64,000 nucleotides of DNA from an uncultured virus (IMG/VR IMGVR_UViG_3300036944_000233) (taxonomy: Duplodnaviria; Heunggongvirae; Uroviricota; Caudoviricetes). The notes below the pieces were generated by a model. The model saw only the letters and a program-made list of their open reading frames with translations, was not told the DNA's origin and did no database searches. Location: IMG/VR virus record IMGVR_UViG_3300036944_000233. The stretch is one strand, 5' to 3'. A program made the position numbers and the translations under genes. Shown here piece after piece: positions 54,965-63,866 of the stretch. Numbering within the stretch: the stretch's first letter is position 1; each line of letters starts with the position of its first letter.

Positions 54965-56896
54965 ATGGCATTCGGATTTGGTTTTGGCATGCCGCGTATT
55001 TTTTCAGCAAGCAGAGCGTTTTCCCCCGCCTCTTTCTTCGCCAACGGCGAGCAGGGATGGTGGTATGACCCCAGCAACTTCGCCACCCTGTTTCAAGACA
55101 GCGCAGGCACAACGCCCGTGACAGCGGTGGAGCAGCCTGTGGGGTTGCAGTTGGACTTGAGCAAGGGGTTGGTGCTTGGACCTACGTTGGTGACGAATGG
55201 GGACTTTAGTGATGGAACCACAACGGGCTGGACGGCAGGTGCTTCAACGCTGTCCGTTGTAAGCGGCGCAATGCGCGTCACCAATATCGCTGTAAACTTC
55301 GGAAATTCCCAGCAAATTGATGTTACTGAAATTGGCAAAACTTATAGGCTTACTTTCACTGTTGGCTCCCAGACGGGAACCTCAAGCGCGTGGATTGGAA
55401 CGTCGCCCGGCGGGACGCAGTACCGAGACTTTGACAACATTTCCAGCGGAAGTTACGCCCTGACATTTACAGCAACATCAACTACGCTGTCACTGCGCTT
55501 TCTTAACCGTCAAACGACTATCGGCAATTTCTCGGACTTTGACAACATCTCCGTCAAAGAACTCCCCGGCAACCACCGCTTCCAGTCCACCAGCGCCAAC
55601 CGCCCTGTGGTATCTGCGCGGGTGAACTTGCTGACCAAGACTGAGGATTTCAGTGATGCGGTGTGGGTGAAAACTGGATTGAATGCTTTTGGCAGTGGCT
55701 CTGTTGCAAACACCACTGCAACAACTGACCCTCTTGGCGGGAACACCGCTGACTTTATTCAAGAAAACAGTGCTAATTCACAGCATGAGGTTTATGTTAA
55801 CAAAACTGAAACCACGGGGCCGCTTTTAAATTACACGTACAGCGTAAGAGTGAAGTCTGCTGGAAGAACTGCATTTAACGTATCCATCACGGGTTTCACT
55901 GGTAATAACTATGTTGCGGTGTTGTTTGATCTTTCTTCAACAGGCTCTGTTGCGCTTGTAACTCAAATTGGCACAACTACCCATATATCAAGCAGTATTT
56001 CCCCTGCGGGAAATGGATGGTTTGTTTGCACAGTGACAGTGAATAGTCCGGATATACGGTACATATTTAATGGAATGTCAAACACCCTTTCACCAACGTA
56101 CGATTCCCTTGGAAGACCTTCGTATACGGGCAACGGCACAAGCGGAATCTACATTTGGGGCGCAGACCTCCGCGTCACCAACCAAGGCGTCAACCTCCCC
56201 GCATACCAGCGCGTCAACACCAGCACGGACTACGACAGCACAGGCTTTCCGACGTACATCAAGCCCAACGGCAGCAACCAGTTCATGCAGACCAACAGCA
56301 TCAACTTCACCGCCACGGACAAGATGACCGTGTGGCAGGGGGTGCGGAAGTTGAGTGATGCTGCGGCTGCAATATTGATGGAATTAAGTACAGTAGCGCC
56401 TGCAAACAATGGTTCGTTTTATGTGGCTGCTCCAGACAGTTCGGCAACTTATGGTTTTGGATTGCGAGGGACGGCTAGCATAAATAGAAACGCGTCAACG
56501 TATACGGCACCCATCACCAATGTTTTTTCTACATCGTATGACATTGCACAGGCGGCCCCTGCCACAGAATTGACAATCCGGATCAATGCGGCAACCCCGG
56601 GCACTATTGTAAATGGAGGCGCTGCGGACGCAGGAACCGGAAACTTTGGTACGTGGCCCGCCTACTTCTACATGCGTGCTGGCACATCCCTGCCCTTCAA
56701 CGGCAACGACTACGGCTCAATCGCCCGAGGCGCAGCATCCACCGCAGCGCAGATTACCAACGGGGAAGCGTACATGGCAGCCAAAACGGGAGTGACGCTG
56801 CTTGTCGAAACCTTTGATTTCATCACCACGGACGCAGGGGACCAGATTGTCACTGACGCTGGTGACTCAGTTACAACAGACATTTATTACGTATAA
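54965..56896 (+). CDS. head spike / fibre with carbohydrate-binding-like domains
   Basis: FGFGFG N-terminus, GWWYDPS...LFQDSAGTTPVT, LVTNGDF...DNISVKE, NLL...TEDF...GNGWF...IYIWGA. Confidence 0.7.
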   Translation: MAFGFGFGMPRIFSASRAFSPASFFANGEQGWWYDPSNFATLFQDSAGTTPVTAVEQPVGLQLDLSKGLVLGPTLVTNGDFSDGTTTGWTAGASTLSVVSGAMRVTNIAVNFGNSQQIDVTEIGKTYRLTFTVGSQTGTSSAWIGTSPGGTQYRDFDNISSGSYALTFTATSTTLSLRFLNRQTTIGNFSDFDNISVKELPGNHRFQSTSANRPVVSARVNLLTKTEDFSDAVWVKTGLNAFGSGSVANTTATTDPLGGNTADFIQENSANSQHEVYVNKTETTGPLLNYTYSVRVKSAGRTAFNVSITGFTGNNYVAVLFDLSSTGSVALVTQIGTTTHISSSISPAGNGWFVCTVTVNSPDIRYIFNGMSNTLSPTYDSLGRPSYTGNGTSGIYIWGADLRVTNQGVNLPAYQRVNTSTDYDSTGFPTYIKPNGSNQFMQTNSINFTATDKMTVWQGVRKLSDAAAAILMELSTVAPANNGSFYVAAPDSSATYGFGLRGTASINRNASTYTAPITNVFSTSYDIAQAAPATELTIRINAATPGTIVNGGAADAGTGNFGTWPAYFYMRAGTSLPFNGNDYGSIARGAASTAAQITNGEAYMAAKTGVTLLVETFDFITTDAGDQIVTDAGDSVTTDIYYV

Positions 56897-56905
56897 GGAA
56901 CCACC

Positions 56906-57793
56906 ATGGCAAACGTACCAATTTCAAACCTGACGACAACGTGGAACAACGTATCCACCACGTTCACCGGCATCAAGCTCAACGTCACCGACACAGCCTC
57001 GGCATCTGCATCACTGTTGATGGACTTGCAGTTAGGCGGGGTGAGCAAGTTCAAAGTACCAAAGAACGGCAACCCGGTGTTTGTCGTGCCTACTTCCGGC
57101 GCTCTTGAAGTAAATGGCAACGGAGATGGCTTTCGGGCTATAAACGGAGGCTCCACGTCTGCTTACGGCGTTTACGGCGTCCGAATGGGTTCAAACAACT
57201 CACTAAGCTGGGGTTCAAGTGCGGACGGACCTGCAACTGCCGACACGATTTTGGTACGCGACGCAGCCAACACCCTAGCCCAGCGCAACGGCGTCAACGC
57301 GCAAACCTTCCGGCTGTACAACACCTTCACAGACGCCAGCAACTACGAGCGTGGGTTCATGCGGTGGAGCAGCAACACGTTGGAAATTGGCACCGAAAAC
57401 GCTGGTACAGGTGCGTCGCGCGCGCTTAGGTTTTATTCGGCCAATGGAAGCGTTGATATTGTAGACGGCTCAGGTATGGCTCAAATAAATTTCAATATTC
57501 AATCAGCCAATGGCTTGCGTGTAGCTTCAGATCGACCAATTGGGTTTACATCTGGAGCAGCCAATGGTTCAACGCCGGATACAACGATTCGCCGCGTGAC
57601 CACAGGAATTCTTGGTGTTCGCGGTGGCGCTATTACAGACCCCGGCGCTCTGTCATTTATTGAGCAAACTGCCCCCGCAGCCCCCGCAGCCAACGGCGTT
57701 TACATCTACGCCAAAGATAATGGCGCAGGTAAAACTCAACTGATGGCCCTGTTTGCAACAGGTGCCGCAGTCCAAATCGCAATCGAACCATGA
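56906..57793 (+). CDS. fibre-like structural protein
   Basis: Beta-rich; RDAANTLAQRNG...RLYNT. Confidence 0.7.
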   Translation: MANVPISNLTTTWNNVSTTFTGIKLNVTDTASASASLLMDLQLGGVSKFKVPKNGNPVFVVPTSGALEVNGNGDGFRAINGGSTSAYGVYGVRMGSNNSLSWGSSADGPATADTILVRDAANTLAQRNGVNAQTFRLYNTFTDASNYERGFMRWSSNTLEIGTENAGTGASRALRFYSANGSVDIVDGSGMAQINFNIQSANGLRVASDRPIGFTSGAANGSTPDTTIRRVTTGILGVRGGAITDPGALSFIEQTAPAAPAANGVYIYAKDNGAGKTQLMALFATGAAVQIAIEP

Positions 57794-57936
57794 CCCTAGA
57801 ACTTACCCCACAAGAAGCCCAGCAACTCATTGGTCTGCTGGACCTCGCAACCAAATCCGGTGGCCTTCAAGCTGCCCAAATGGCCCTTCCCCTCGCTGTG
57901 AAAATTCAGACCGAAATTGACAAGGAACCAAAATGA
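57790..57936 (+). CDS. 48-aa fibre-chaperone-like protein (not in the ORF track)
   Basis: MTLELTPQEAQQLIGLLDLATKSGGL; ATGA overlaps at both ends. Confidence 0.6.
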   Translation: MTLELTPQEAQQLIGLLDLATKSGGLQAAQMALPLAVKIQTEIDKEPK

Positions 57937-58139
57937 TCATCACCATCGACACCAACCTGCCAGCACCCGGCCCATTCGACACCGACGAGGCATATTGCCA
58001 GTTCGTGATGAGCAACGCTGCTCTGAGCTACCAAGCGCAATACAACACGGCCACCGCTGACGAAGGCATCACAGCAGCGCGTGAGGCGTACAACGCCAGC
58101 CTGCCAGCGCCACAAGAGCCCGATCCATTGGCGGCCTGA
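57933..58139 (+). CDS. hypothetical protein
   Basis: RBS AAGGA; coupled. Confidence 0.65.
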   Translation: MIITIDTNLPAPGPFDTDEAYCQFVMSNAALSYQAQYNTATADEGITAAREAYNASLPAPQEPDPLAA

Positions 58140-58141
58140 TC

Positions 58142-58420
58142 ATGGGTGACTCCACACTTGCAACCGTCATCGTGCTGGCCGCCGACCAAGCAGCCGCACA
58201 AGCCGACTTCCCAGACTACTTCAACGCCCCGGCCAGCCCAGACGGTCAGCCACCAATCACGAACTACCTGACAAACGGGTACTTTGATGACAACGAGCTG
58301 GACACCATCTGCAACGATGTGCTCTGGCCGCGAAAGGTGTACTTCGGCTCCCTAGATGTCGGTCTGCAAAAGGCAGGTCTGATGCTGGTGTACCCTGAGC
58401 CAATCGTCGAAGAGGTTTGA
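58142..58420 (+). CDS. hypothetical protein
   Basis: Coupled ORF. Confidence 0.65.
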   Translation: MGDSTLATVIVLAADQAAAQADFPDYFNAPASPDGQPPITNYLTNGYFDDNELDTICNDVLWPRKVYFGSLDVGLQKAGLMLVYPEPIVEEV

Positions 58421-58422
58421 TC

Positions 58423-58680
58423 ATGGCCAAAGCATCTCCAAAGAAAAAAGGCCCGTCGCTTGCCGTGGGTCGTGGTGAGAAATTGCCTGTCTCCAAAGGT
58501 GCTGGTCTGACGGCCAAGGGGCGTGCCAAATATAATGCAGCAACGGGCAGTAACCTCAAGGCACCACAGCCGCAAGGTGGCCCCCGCAAAGACTCATTTT
58601 GCGCTAGAATGGCACCTATCGCAGAAAAGTCTGAAAAGGGTAGCCGTGCAAGAGCATCAATGCAACGATGGAAATGTTGA
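58423..58680 (+). CDS. small basic virion-associated protein
   Basis: GLTAKGRAKYN...NLKAP...SFCARM...RWKC. Confidence 0.8.
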   Translation: MAKASPKKKGPSLAVGRGEKLPVSKGAGLTAKGRAKYNAATGSNLKAPQPQGGPRKDSFCARMAPIAEKSEKGSRARASMQRWKC

Positions 58681-58681
58681 A

Positions 58682-59125
58682 ATGTGGGCCGACATTCGCA
58701 ACTACGAAGGCAGGTATCAAGTCAGCACGCTTGGGCGTGTGAAGTCGCTTGCGCGTATGCGCAGGGGTAAGTCTGGGTGCGAAGTCCCAGTGCCTGAAAA
58801 GATCATGGCACTTACTGCAAAAAAAGATACCGGGCGAACCAAACCGTATGTTGAAGTTCGGTTTCGCAACGGCGGCTTGCGCACGGAGCGTTGCAAGTCG
58901 TTTTTGGTTCATCGACTTGTTGCGGATGCGTTTATCAAACCCTTGGAAAAGGGTGAGCAGGTTGACCACAAAAACGGCATACATGCGGACAACCGCGTAG
59001 AAAATTTACGTGTGATGAGCTACATTGAGCATGGGAAAATACACCCGTTGATTTGCTCTGGTGAACTCAACAGACTTGGTACAGCGGCAAACACCGCTGC
59101 GGCGCTGAAACGATGGAAATGCTGA
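58682..59125 (+). mobile_element. NUMOD4-HNH homing endonuclease gene (start may be the GTG at 58646)
   Basis: WADIRNYEGRYQVSTLGRVKS; VHRLVA...VDHKNG...DNRVENL. Confidence 0.88.
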
Positions 59126-59126
59126 T

Positions 59127-59369
59127 ATGGAACTGATGCTTTGGAACGCGGCGCTCAGCGTGATTGTTACCGTCATGGGATTCTTCCTCAAGGGCAGATT
59201 TGACGAGCTCGATCGCCTGAGCATTTTGCTCAACAGGACCCGGGAAGAGGTGGCACGCGACCACATCACCCGGCAGGAGTTCCGCGCTGACATGGCGCAG
59301 CTGCTTGACAGATTTGACCGGCTTGAGCGAAAGATTGACAATCTAAGGGGCAGCAATGCCATCAGTTAG
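59127..59369 (+). CDS. small protein with one TM helix and a coiled coil
   Basis: Hydrophobic N-terminus; LLNRTREEVARD...RLERKID. Confidence 0.75.
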   Translation: MELMLWNAALSVIVTVMGFFLKGRFDELDRLSILLNRTREEVARDHITRQEFRADMAQLLDRFDRLERKIDNLRGSNAIS

Positions 59370-59808
59370 CCCCAAGCAGAAAAAGTTTATGAATGCTGTT
59401 GCGCATAACCCCGCTTTCGCAAAGAAGGCGGGTGTGCCACAATCGGTCGGACAAGACTTTTCTAACGCAGATAAGGCTTTGAAGGTCCGGTCTAGTGTAC
59501 GTACCCGCCCTGACCGGCAGGGCGTTAATAACCCCAAAACCGACCACGGCAACGCGGCGTTTTTTAAAGAAGGTGGCGATATGAAAAAAGGTTACGCAGA
59601 CGGTGGCATGTCCAAAGCGGACATGAAGCAAGACAAGGGCATGATGCAGAAGGCCGTGAACAAACACGAAGGCCGACTGCACAAGGGTGCGGAAATGACC
59701 AAGCTGTCCAAGGGTGGTTCTGCTTCTGCTCGTGCTGATGGCATGGCCACCAAAGGCAAAACTAAGGGTACTGCGGTCATGATGAAACGTGGCGGCAAAG
59801 CCTGCTAA
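59356..59808 (+). CDS. basic low-complexity virion/core protein
   Basis: MPSVSPKQKKFM...AFAKKAGVPQSV; repeated xxxGG motifs. Confidence 0.75.
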   Translation: MPSVSPKQKKFMNAVAHNPAFAKKAGVPQSVGQDFSNADKALKVRSSVRTRPDRQGVNNPKTDHGNAAFFKEGGDMKKGYADGGMSKADMKQDKGMMQKAVNKHEGRLHKGAEMTKLSKGGSASARADGMATKGKTKGTAVMMKRGGKAC

Positions 59809-59818
59809 GGAGCAAAAC

Positions 59819-60046
59819 ATGAGCCCAGCTGAACAAGAAGCCCGCGAGATGATCGCGGACAAAAAGGCCCGCGCCGCTGCCACCAAAGCATACGACGCTG
59901 CGGATAAGACTCCGCCTGCACCGGCAGTTCCTCCTAAGCCAGATGCTTCTGCGCCAAAGCCTAAGAGAATGGCTAGTGGTGGTACCGCTTCCGCTCGCGC
60001 CGACGGCATCGCGTCGCGGGGTAAAACCCGTGGCAAGATGTGCTGA
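59819..60046 (+). CDS. small basic core protein
   Basis: RBS AAGGAG; MASGG...RADGIASRGKTRG. Confidence 0.7.
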   Translation: MSPAEQEAREMIADKKARAAATKAYDAADKTPPAPAVPPKPDASAPKPKRMASGGTASARADGIASRGKTRGKMC

Positions 60047-60047
60047 C

Positions 60048-60323
60048 ATGATGGCAAGCCGCGGGATGGGGGCTGTGGCCTCCAGCAAGATGCCCAAGGC
60101 CAAGAAGACTGCTCGCCGAGACGATACTGACTTCACCCAGTATGCCGACGGCGGGAAAGTCAATGCGGCTGGCAACTACACCAAGCCCAGTCTGCGCAAG
60201 CGGATTGTGAGCCAAGTCAAAGCTGCGGCAACGCAAGGTACCGGAGCAGGCCAGTGGAGCGCGAGAAAAGCACAGCTCGTGGCCAAGAAATATAAGGCCG
60301 CAGGCGGCGGGTATCGTGACTAA
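60048..60323 (+). CDS. small basic protein (DUF5872-like)
   Basis: GNYTKPSLRKRI...GQWSARKAQL...GGGY. Confidence 0.75.
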   Translation: MMASRGMGAVASSKMPKAKKTARRDDTDFTQYADGGKVNAAGNYTKPSLRKRIVSQVKAAATQGTGAGQWSARKAQLVAKKYKAAGGGYRD

Positions 60324-60841
60324 GTGTCAAGTTGATCAATTCGGCTGCGAACTGTCTTGTGGTCAGTCCCAAATGCGCGTGCAATCCAGCGTAGGCTGTA
60401 GCCTTCTTTATGTAGCGCAGCAAACTCAGTTGCTTTATCAACAAACAACCGGCGTGCAGAATTTGCGTGACTCTGCGGTTGCCACTGATGGCGCTCACCT
60501 CCTAACAGGAGGTTTTGTTTTTGCGAAACCCAGCGCAAGTTATCCAAGGCTAGGTTCAAACGGTCGCCGTCAATATGGTCAACTTGCGTCAATCCGTCAG
60601 GGTTTGGCAGGAATGCTAATGCCATCAGGCGGTGGACATATTTCGAGTTATTTCTTCCAAGAGAAACTCGCCAATAACCTGTTGTATGCACCCAAGGTTT
60701 TAACACGGAAATTTTTTCGTACCGTACGCGGTGTTTTAAGTTTCTGTCTGGCCTATCTGACCAGTTTGACCGAACACTACCAAGGCTGCTTACTGAGTAG
60801 CGCCCGTCAGTGTCGGGTATTTCAATCCAGCGTTCGTTCAT
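60320..60841 (-). mobile_element. NUMOD4-HNH homing endonuclease gene in inverted orientation
   Basis: WIEIPDTDGRYSVSSLGSVRS; VHRLMA...VDHIDGDRLN...NLRW; C-terminal HTH; extended -10 TGcTACAAT at 60861-60869. Confidence 0.88.
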
Positions 60842-60868
60842 TTGGTTCTCCAGTTGGGGGATTGTAGC

Positions 60869-61108
60869 ATGGCACTACGAAAAGAACAGCAGAGCTTAAA
60901 AACATGGTCTAATCAATCTTGGACCACCAAGAGTGGAAAGCCGTCGTCCAAAACAGGTGAGCGATACCTCCCAGAAGCTGCGATTAAAAGTCTCAGCTCC
61001 TCCGAATACGCAGCTACCACCAAAGCCAAACGCGCAGGTAAGGCAGCTGGAAAACAGTTTGTAGCCCAACCTGCAAAAATAGCAGCCAAAACCGCAAAGT
61101 ACCGTTAA
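60869..61108 (+). CDS. small basic protein (DUF5872-like)
   Basis: QQSLKTW...TKSGKPS...GERYLPEAAIKSL...GKQFVAQP. Confidence 0.75.
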   Translation: MALRKEQQSLKTWSNQSWTTKSGKPSSKTGERYLPEAAIKSLSSSEYAATTKAKRAGKAAGKQFVAQPAKIAAKTAKYR

Positions 61109-61119
61109 CAGGAGCAAAG

Positions 61120-61458
61120 ATGAAGACAGAAACCATGCGTATGTGCGCTGAAATGACAGCACGCCACCAGCTCAGCGCCCTTGGCCAAGTAGGCGAAGAC
61201 GTGCAACAACTGCTTGACGAGCTGGCCACCGCCCCCGATGGCGACTTTACAATCAAGGTCAGCGTACGCAAGCCAAAGGCTCCTGCTGCCGCACCTGTGG
61301 TCGAAGCGCCGGTCGAAGCGCCGGTCGAAGCGCCGGTCGAAGCGCCGGTTGAAGAAACCCCGGTCGAAGAAACCCCGGTCGAAACTCCAGTGGTTGAAGA
61401 AACCCCGGTCGAAACTCCAGTGGTTGAAGAAGACACTCCTACCCCTACCGCGGAGTAA
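61120..61458 (+). CDS. protein with Pro/Val/Glu repeat tail
   Basis: RBS AGGAG; VEAP and VEETP repeats. Confidence 0.65.
   Translation: MKTETMRMCAEMTARHQLSALGQVGEDVQQLLDELATAPDGDFTIKVSVRKPKAPAAAPVVEAPVEAPVEAPVEAPVEETPVEETPVETPVVEETPVETPVVEEDTPTPTAE
61299..61432 (+). repeat. coding minisatellite (12-, 15- and 30-bp units)
   Basis: GGTCGAAGCGCC x4, then GAAGAAACCCCGGTC units. Confidence 0.9.
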
Positions 61459-61461
61459 TGT

Positions 61462-61605
61462 ATGGCTACCTCCGACGCGTATTTGGCCGGGCTCTTTGAT
61501 GGCGAAGGGTGCGTTTCCATGCACCTCGCAAAGGCGGGATACGTGTCTGTGCAGGCCAAGCGCAAAGGTACGCGGACTGTAGGTTTGCTGGTGGAGGCCG
61601 CATGA
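61462..61605 (+). pseudogene. truncated LAGLIDADG homing endonuclease remnant (47 aa)
   Basis: MATSDAYLAGLFDGEGCVS...; far too short for a complete domain. Confidence 0.75.
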
Positions 61606-62300
61606 CGACATCAGGAACAGCAAATTTTTCGATGGACCTCTCGGAAATCGTAGAGGAAGCGTTTGAGCGTGCGGGTTCGGAGTTGCGCTCTGGTTACGAC
61701 TTAAGGACTGCCCGGCGTTCGCTCAACATCATGTTTGCTGAGTGGGCGAACAAAGGGTTGAATATGTTTACGTACGAGCAAGGCAGCATCACGCTGGTGC
61801 CCGGTACGGCAACATATAACCTTCCCGCCGACACGGTCGATCTCCTAGAGCATGTAATCAGAACCGGCGCGGGTAATGCGGCTACGCAAGCAGACCTTAC
61901 GATCACTCGTATCAGCGTCTCTACGTACGCTACGCTGCCCAACAAGCTACAACAGGCTCGCCCCATCCAAGTGTGGATCGAACGCCTGACTAGCGCCCCA
62001 AGAATTACCGTTTGGCCAGTGCCCGATAACTCCCAGACTTACACGTTCGTGTACTGGAGACTGCGCCGTATCCAGAACGCTGGAGACGGTGTCAACACAA
62101 TGGACATGCCGTTCCGGTTCATCCCCGCTATGGTGGCTGGTTTGGCTTACCACTTAGCGATGAAAATCCCAAGTGGCGCGGAGCGTTTGCCGATTCTCAA
62201 GCAGCAATACGATGAAGCATGGCAGCTCGCTTCTGAAGAAGACCGCGAAAAAGCCGCTGTGCGTTTCGTACCTCGACGACAGTACATCGGGGGTTCCTAA
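61602..62300 (+). CDS. head-tail adaptor / tubular protein A-like
   Basis: EIVEEAFERAG...TARRSLN...WPVPD...PFRFIPAMVAGLAY. Confidence 0.75.
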   Translation: MTTSGTANFSMDLSEIVEEAFERAGSELRSGYDLRTARRSLNIMFAEWANKGLNMFTYEQGSITLVPGTATYNLPADTVDLLEHVIRTGAGNAATQADLTITRISVSTYATLPNKLQQARPIQVWIERLTSAPRITVWPVPDNSQTYTFVYWRLRRIQNAGDGVNTMDMPFRFIPAMVAGLAYHLAMKIPSGAERLPILKQQYDEAWQLASEEDREKAAVRFVPRRQYIGGS

Positions 62301-62689
62301 TGGGTAACCGCTTTGCCTCTGGTAAGAACGCGATTGCCGAGTGCGACCGTTGTGGCCAACGGTATAAGCTCACGCAGTTGCGCATGGAGATTGTTAAGAC
62401 CAAGAACTACAACCTCTTGGTCTGCCAAGAATGCTGGGACCCAGACCATCCGCAGCTTCAGCTGGGCATGTACCCGGTTGATGACCCGCAAGGTTTGCGC
62501 AACCCTCGGCCTGACCGCAGTTACATAACTTCCGGGTTGACCTCTGATGGAACTCTGGGAGAAGGCAGCCGAATCTTTCAATGGGGCTGGAACCCGGTTG
62601 GTGGGTCCAGTGGTTTCGATGCCGCTCTGACGCCGAACAGCTTGGCAATGAGTGTGCAAATTGGTACAGTCACGATAGTAACGACATAA
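62300..62689 (+). CDS. neck-region zinc-binding protein
   Basis: ECDRCG...VCQECWDPDHPQL...PRPD. Confidence 0.75.
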   Translation: MGNRFASGKNAIAECDRCGQRYKLTQLRMEIVKTKNYNLLVCQECWDPDHPQLQLGMYPVDDPQGLRNPRPDRSYITSGLTSDGTLGEGSRIFQWGWNPVGGSSGFDAALTPNSLAMSVQIGTVTIVTT

Positions 62690-62699
62690 GGAGGCCATC

Positions 62700-62882
62700 A
62701 TGGCTTACAAATCAGCAGCAGACGGTGTCGCCTCCAAGGGCAAAACCAACGTCAAAGTCATGGCCAACGACGGCCCTACCGCTCCTAATCCTCGTGGTGG
62801 CAAAGGCGGTAAGGGTGGTCCTACTGGCCAACAGATGCGGGCCGTTGGCCGTAACATGGCTCGCGCCAACAACCAAAAGTGA
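62700..62882 (+). CDS. small basic protein
   Basis: RBS AAGGAGG; ADGVASKGKT...VGRNMARA. Confidence 0.7.
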   Translation: MAYKSAADGVASKGKTNVKVMANDGPTAPNPRGGKGGKGGPTGQQMRAVGRNMARANNQK

Positions 62883-62889
62883 GAACATC

Positions 62890-63171
62890 ATGGCCGATTA
62901 CAGCCAAAAAATGATGGGTAAAGAAGTTGGTTCTGCCAGCGTCTATGCCAAGCCACACACGATGGACGGAAAAACCATGAACAAAGCCCCCGCAGATTTC
63001 GGCACAAACCCCGGCTCTCCTCCTAACCGCAGCAAAGTGGAGACATACAACCCCACAATTGGCAGCATCAGCAAGTCTGCTGGGAGTGAGCCGATCAAAA
63101 CCTCTGGCATCAAGATGCGCGGTACTGGCGCGGCCACCAAAGGTGTGATGTCTCGAGGCCCGATGGCATGA
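62890..63171 (+). CDS. small basic protein
   Basis: KTSGIKMRGTGAATKG...RGPMA. Confidence 0.7.
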   Translation: MADYSQKMMGKEVGSASVYAKPHTMDGKTMNKAPADFGTNPGSPPNRSKVETYNPTIGSISKSAGSEPIKTSGIKMRGTGAATKGVMSRGPMA

Positions 63172-63866
63172 ACTACACCGAGTTGTTTAACTCGATACAA
63201 ACGTACACCGAGAACCAATTCCCGGTGGTGTACTTGGCCGATGGCTCAACTGTGTCCGCAGCGACGCAGATCAACACCATAATTGAGCAGGCGGAGCAGC
63301 GCATCTACAACTCGATGCAGTTCCCGTCGGTGCGCAAGAACGTGACGGGCTTGGTCTCGACAACAACGCCGTACCTGTCTTCGCCCGATGACTTCTTGTC
63401 GGTATACTCCTTGGCGGCCATAGACGCTTCGGGCAACTACAACTACTTGCTGAACAAGGATGTGAACTTCATCCGCGAGGCGTACCCCAGCCCCTCCAGC
63501 GTTGGGCTGCCTAAATATTACGCACTGTTTGGCCCGACAACCACAGCAGGCGGCGTGATCACGACAGAGCTGTCGTTCATTCTTGGCCCCAAACCGGATG
63601 CAAGCTACGTCGTGGAGCTGCACTATTACTACTACCCTGAGTCCATCGTGACAGCAGGTACGACTTGGCTGGGCGACAACTTTGACACCGTGCTGTTGTA
63701 TGGCTCCTTGGTTGAGGCTTATACCTTTATGAAAGGTGAGACTGACCTGCTTGCTGTCTACGATGGCAAGTACAAAGAGGCACTTGCTCTGGCCAAACGT
63801 CTGGCCGACGGCCTTGAGAGACAAGACGCTTACCGGTCCGGTCAATACAGACAGGCGGTGACCTGA
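63168..63866 (+). CDS. head-tail adaptor protein
   Basis: IEQAEQRIY...GLPKYYA...GPKPD...LLYGSLVEAYTFMKG. Confidence 0.8.
   Translation: MNYTELFNSIQTYTENQFPVVYLADGSTVSAATQINTIIEQAEQRIYNSMQFPSVRKNVTGLVSTTTPYLSSPDDFLSVYSLAAIDASGNYNYLLNKDVNFIREAYPSPSSVGLPKYYALFGPTTTAGGVITTELSFILGPKPDASYVVELHYYYYPESIVTAGTTWLGDNFDTVLLYGSLVEAYTFMKGETDLLAVYDGKYKEALALAKRLADGLERQDAYRSGQYRQAVT

Noticed and set aside
60316..60867. 183-aa plus-strand ORF
   Set aside because: Antisense to a clear NUMOD4-HNH gene.
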